Source: an uncultured Verrucomicrobiae bacterium | GTDB lineage: Bacteria; Verrucomicrobiota; Verrucomicrobiia; Limisphaerales; DSYF01 | Reading direction: 5' to 3' | Length of the DNA: 64,000 nucleotides | Assembly: GCA_963751435.1 (NCBI GenBank) | Contig: CAVVUP010000029.1 | Coordinates: 133,750 to 197,749 of the forward strand | Program-made: the position numbers and the translations under genes | Shown: in pieces, positions 61,501 to 64,000 of the stretch | Numbering within the stretch: position 1 is the stretch's first letter | Layout: each line of letters begins with the position of its first letter | The notes under the pieces: generated by a model | What the model was told of the DNA's origin: nothing | What the model saw: only the letters and a program-made list of their open reading frames with translations | Database searches by the model: none

Positions 61501-62099
61501 AGCCCATCCTGCGAAGCCCGCAGGGTGTCCACCGCCTCATCCAGCAGATGGGATGCGTCGCCCAATCGCCCTGGACCGAAACCGCCGTCCCAGTTCAGGT
61601 AAGCGCGGAACAACAGGGCCAGGTCGGACAGCTTGGCCGCCAGTCGGGGCGTGATGTCCTTCATGGCTGCCAGTTCCTCAAGCCGACACGGTCCCACGCG
61701 GTGCTGTTGCAGGTCCAGCAACAACCCGCTCAACTGCCGGGCGAACCCCGCCAACCGCGCGCTGGCCCGGAACACCTTCAACCGGTCATGGTTCGCCTCG
61801 ATGAGGGCGCGCAGCACCATCACCCGGCCTTCCTCGCTCAGCAGTTCGGGCAACCGTCGTCCCAACCGGGTCAACACCTCGGCCGCCAGCCGCTCGAACG
61901 CAAGAATCTGGAGACGGCTGTAACCACCCAGGGAACCGTCCGCAAGCAACTGGCGTTCGAGCTGAAACGTGGCCTGCCTCGGCGCCAGCAGGATCAGGGT
62001 CGGTCCGTCCGGAGCGCGCCGCAGTTCCTCGCGAATCTCCGACAGGCAGCGAAACGTCTTGCCGCTGCCGGCGGGTCCGAACAGAAAGCGCACGCGCAT
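58536..62099 (-). CDS. addB: AddB-type helicase-nuclease subunit with a C-terminal Fe-S/nuclease domain
   Basis: Starts at the ATG at 62099 (MRVRFLFGPAGSGKTF...). 1187 aa. Has a nuclease motif ILDYKSG and a terminal Cys cluster VACGWCKFRPIC. Overlaps addA by 4 nt. Confidence 0.82.
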   Translation of the reverse strand: MRVRFLFGPAGSGKTFRCLSEIREELRRAPDGPTLILLAPRQATFQLERQLLADGSLGGYSRLQILAFERLAAEVLTRLGRRLPELLSEEGRVMVLRALIEANHDRLKVFRASARLAGFARQLSGLLLDLQQHRVGPCRLEELAAMKDITPRLAAKLSDLALLFRAYLNWDGGFGPGRLGDASHLLDEAVDTLRASQDGLGFGGLWLDGFAALTPQEQALLTAVLPHCEHATLAFCLPQAPAQQESWLSPWALVSETARECHLRVQDLPGVKVEVEALERDPARSRFAQSPLLAQIERVLAGQSGPVGCNTGQGDAAQAPGDPDGAPNGNADLSRPYTSPSRRPSELQTPSALGSPLADESGVPGAVPGYRHQELVLSPGLDPALRLAECSDVQAEATLAAREVLCFVQQGGRFRDCAVLVRSLEGYQDVLRRVLTRYGIPFFLDRREVVAHHPLAELTRFALRTVAFDWRQADWLGLLKTGLGGLSDEEVDCLENAALARGWEGAGFWLQSIPADADLAAREWIEERRARVTLPFADLQQQMSQSGWAPSGSALAGQLRVLWTSLNAEARLEQWACSTVGGAVHTTVWEQMNDWLDNLERAFADVPLPLAEWLSIIEAGLSGLSVGVVPPSLDQVLVGGVDRSRNPDLKFALVLGMNESVFPAPPPAAPLLSETDVADMESNGIRVGPGRRQFGHERYLGYIALTRARQRVLVSWSVTDAKGNARNPSRFVDELRRAFPRLEVEPFDGRVAWSESRHPIELVGAALQEDAPEGLDSLRELPTVQPLFKRGQQVLVALGKQQLSPKVARVLYGDELRLSVSALEQFAACPFQFFVARGLKAQERDEFRVDIRRTGEFQHEILAAFHRRLRESGKRWRELTPDQAVGWVREIGAQQLRDYQHGLLRANPANQFQAGALIRNLEQAVATLTLWSRQNDFEPEAVEVSFGLEEDGWPGWKVDLDGGRCILVRGRVDRLDLCRQPDGSAAVAILDYKSGGRLFEDLKFANGLQLQMPAYLSAICHNPKARQDFGAVDLRPAGVFYVGLRTRPGSGRSRADAIEAGEQAFAAAFQHRGRFDEASLKSLDTRGASSGDQFKYRYTKGGQLYKSGNDALPSSAFAQLMENTAQQIRNLGERIFEGEARVWPYQKGQEVACGWCKFRPICRFDSWTQPYRMLQRTDIDSKTVEEK

Positions 62100-62196
62100 G
62101 CCGTCTTGTGCAACAAACGGGCGGAGGGGGCGAGTCAATTTGCGGGGCCGATTTGCGCATTGAAGCGGCGCTGTGGCGGCCCTAAGCTCTCTTCGG

Positions 62197-62883
62197 ATGA
62201 AGAATGCAGGCAAAGCCAGGTCCTCGGCGTTTCGGATGATCCTTTGGACGCTGATCTTGATGGTGGTGATGTTTGCGGCCGCTTTCGTGGCCACGGTGGC
62301 GGGGGGGCTTATCCTGGTCTTCTCGTGGGCGTTGATTGGCCTGTGGGTCTTGTTCGCTGTCTTTTGCCTCTACTTTTTCCGCGACCCCACGCCGCAGGTC
62401 CCGGCAGGTGCGAAGCTGGTGGTCGCGCCCGGACATGGCAAGGTGGACCTGATCGATACCACGGAAGAGACGCGTTTCATGGGCGGCTCCTGCCAGCGGG
62501 TCTCGATCTTTCTCTCCGTTTTCGATGTGCACGTCCAGAACGCGCCCGTGGCGGGGAGGGTGGACTATTACAAATACACCGAGGGCAAGTTCCTCAACGC
62601 CATGAAGGCCGACTCCGCCGCGCACAACGAGAATGCGCTCATCGGCTTCGAATCCTCCGATCCGTCGCAGGTCAAGGTGGGTGTGCGGTTGATCGCGGGT
62701 TTGATCGCCCGGCGCATCGTGCCCTGGGTGACGCTGGGGGACACCGTGCAGCGGGGCGATCGCATCAGCCTGATCCAGTTCGGTTCACGGGTGGACCTGT
62801 ATCTGCCGCGGGAGGCCCGGGTGCGGGTCATGCTCGGCCAGAAGGTGGTGGGTGGACACACGGTGATTGCCTCGTTTGACTGA
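62197..62883 (+). CDS. psd: Phosphatidylserine decarboxylase proenzyme (short type)
   Basis: Has VVAPGHGKV, SIFLSVFDVHVQNAP, LIAGLIARRI and the self-cleavage-type FGSRVD. The ATG at 62197 is preferred over the GTG at 62173. Confidence 0.85.
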   Translation: MKNAGKARSSAFRMILWTLILMVVMFAAAFVATVAGGLILVFSWALIGLWVLFAVFCLYFFRDPTPQVPAGAKLVVAPGHGKVDLIDTTEETRFMGGSCQRVSIFLSVFDVHVQNAPVAGRVDYYKYTEGKFLNAMKADSAAHNENALIGFESSDPSQVKVGVRLIAGLIARRIVPWVTLGDTVQRGDRISLIQFGSRVDLYLPREARVRVMLGQKVVGGHTVIASFD

Positions 62884-62887
62884 GCCC

Positions 62888-63769
62888 ATGAACCCTGGAG
62901 CATCGCCTTCACCTGAACCGGAAAAACTCCGGATCTATTTCTGGCCGAACTTGATGACAGCCGGGAACCTGTTCTGTGGTTTCTTGGCCCTGACCAAGAT
63001 CGTGGAGGCCAACCCGGGCTCGGATCATTTTGTCCGGTCCATCCACGGTGCGTTGTTCCTCATCCTGCTGGCCACGATTTTCGATCTGCTGGACGGGCGC
63101 GTGGCGCGGATGGCCGGCAAGGAAAGCCCCTTCGGACAGGAGTTCGATTCGCTGGCAGACATCATTTCCTTTGGCGCCGCGCCCGCGTTCCTGGTGCATC
63201 GGATCGTCCTGGCCGACATGTGGCCCGAGCGTCCGCAGGTCGGCTGGCTGATAGCGTCCATTTACTTGATCTGTGGTGCGTTTCGGCTGGCCCGCTTCAA
63301 TTGCCTGGCCCGGCGGGAACGGTCCACCAGCAAGGAGTTCCACGGCTTCCCGATCCCGGCGGCGGCCGGTCTGGTTGCCTCGCTGACCCTGCTGCTGCTT
63401 TGGGTGGAGGAGAAAGGTTTTCCGGAAAGCCGCTGGCGTTATGTCCTGCCGGTGCTCCTGCTCTTCCTCTCCGCCATGATGGTCAGCGAAGTCCGGTATC
63501 CCAGCTTCAAATCCCTCGACTTCCGCGCGAAGCGAACGTTCACCAAGATGCTGGCCATCGTGTTGATCATCGCGTTCTTTGTGATTCTCTGGGAAAATGT
63601 GCTGCCCATCGCGGCGCCGGTCATCTTCTCCACCTACCTGGCCTACGGGTTTGTCCGGCCCTGGCTGCCCAAGCGGACACGCCAGGGGATTGAGGAGGAA
63701 GAGGACGAGGACGAGGACGACGAGGGTCACGAGGAATGCAACCGCGACCGGACGGGCGTGCTCCCCTGA
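62888..63769 (+). CDS. pssA: CDP-diacylglycerol--serine O-phosphatidyltransferase
   Basis: The CDP-alcohol phosphatidyltransferase motif DLLDGRVARMAGKESPFGQEFDSLAD fits D-x2-DG-x2-AR-x8-G-x3-D-x3-D. It has an acidic C-terminal tail. The alternative start is 62867. Confidence 0.9.
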   Translation: MNPGASPSPEPEKLRIYFWPNLMTAGNLFCGFLALTKIVEANPGSDHFVRSIHGALFLILLATIFDLLDGRVARMAGKESPFGQEFDSLADIISFGAAPAFLVHRIVLADMWPERPQVGWLIASIYLICGAFRLARFNCLARRERSTSKEFHGFPIPAAAGLVASLTLLLLWVEEKGFPESRWRYVLPVLLLFLSAMMVSEVRYPSFKSLDFRAKRTFTKMLAIVLIIAFFVILWENVLPIAAPVIFSTYLAYGFVRPWLPKRTRQGIEEEEDEDEDDEGHEECNRDRTGVLP

Positions 63770-64000
63770 TGTCTGAACTGGAGCCCATCCTGTTCGCCGG
63801 CCTGGTGGGATGCTTCAGCGGTTTTCTGATCTCCATCCCGGTGGGGCCGGTCAACCTCACGATCGTGAATGAAGGTGCGCAACGGGGTTTTTTGTATGCG
63901 GCTTTGATCAGCCTGGGGGCTGTTTCGATGGAAGTCCTCTATTGCCTGATTGCCTTCACGGGTTTCGCTTCCTTGTTCGAGAAGGGGATCATCAAGGCGG
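63769..64000 (+). CDS. LysE/RhtB-family translocator (N-terminal part; continues past the window end)
   Basis: Reads MSELEPILFAGLVGCFSGFLISIPVGPVNLTIVNEGAQRGF.... The ATG overlaps the pssA stop (TGATG). Confidence 0.6.
   Translation, partial: MSELEPILFAGLVGCFSGFLISIPVGPVNLTIVNEGAQRGFLYAALISLGAVSMEVLYCLIAFTGFASLFEKGIIKA

Noticed and set aside
62173-62196. The GTG start at 62173 for psd, as given in the ORF track.
   Set aside because: It would place the start only 73 bp from the divergent addB start and would add a non-hydrophobic leader. The ATG at 62197 (MKNAGKARSS...) is more plausible, though neither start is proven.

Overview
This is a 64 kb, visibly GC-rich chromosomal segment from a diderm bacterium. 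The gene content looks like the PVC superphylum or Verrucomicrobiota: a Cys-type sulfatase, a PEP-CTERM protein, many prepilin-like proteins, KDO/Lpt genes and weak Shine-Dalgarno signals. Most of the window is housekeeping:
- aminotransferase/Lrp, mdh, metF, dnaN
- a fused dnaK-groES-groEL chaperone block
- a queE / class-III aminotransferase / rsmA / NUDIX operon
- clpP-clpX, a beta-CASP RNase, cstA, Kef and Kup transporters, two tRNA-Val genes
- gatCAB, hprK, lptCAB, kdsCA, addAB, psd-pssA

The part I cannot explain with known systems lies at about 45.8-54.7 kb. It holds two tandem, diverged copies of a three-gene prepilin-like module (small, medium, and a large PilX_N-type subunit). Each copy is preceded by a sigma-54-like -24/-12 motif. 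The pair is bracketed by two paralogous receiver-only response regulators, a PEP-CTERM protein and a membrane-anchored GrpE-like protein. No pilus or T2SS motor, platform, secretin, major pilin or prepilin peptidase is present anywhere in the window.

Other observations:
- a two-ORF cassette wedged between gatA and gatB
- non-triplet microsatellites inside two adjacent conserved enzymes
- DnaA-box-like motifs upstream of a dnaN that has no adjacent dnaA
- a tandem 13-bp repeat abutting the likely clpP promoter
- a lower-GC, decayed lipoprotein islet

Frameshifts are unevenly distributed. There are at least 9 in cstA, 4 in groEL and 3 in dnaK, against none in 7.5 kb of addAB. Those I could localise mostly sit in short homopolymers, which points to consensus errors rather than biology.

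No CRISPR array, transposase, integrase, reverse transcriptase or recognisable defence system was seen. All calls come from reading the translations and sequence by eye. Start codons and frameshift coordinates are approximate.
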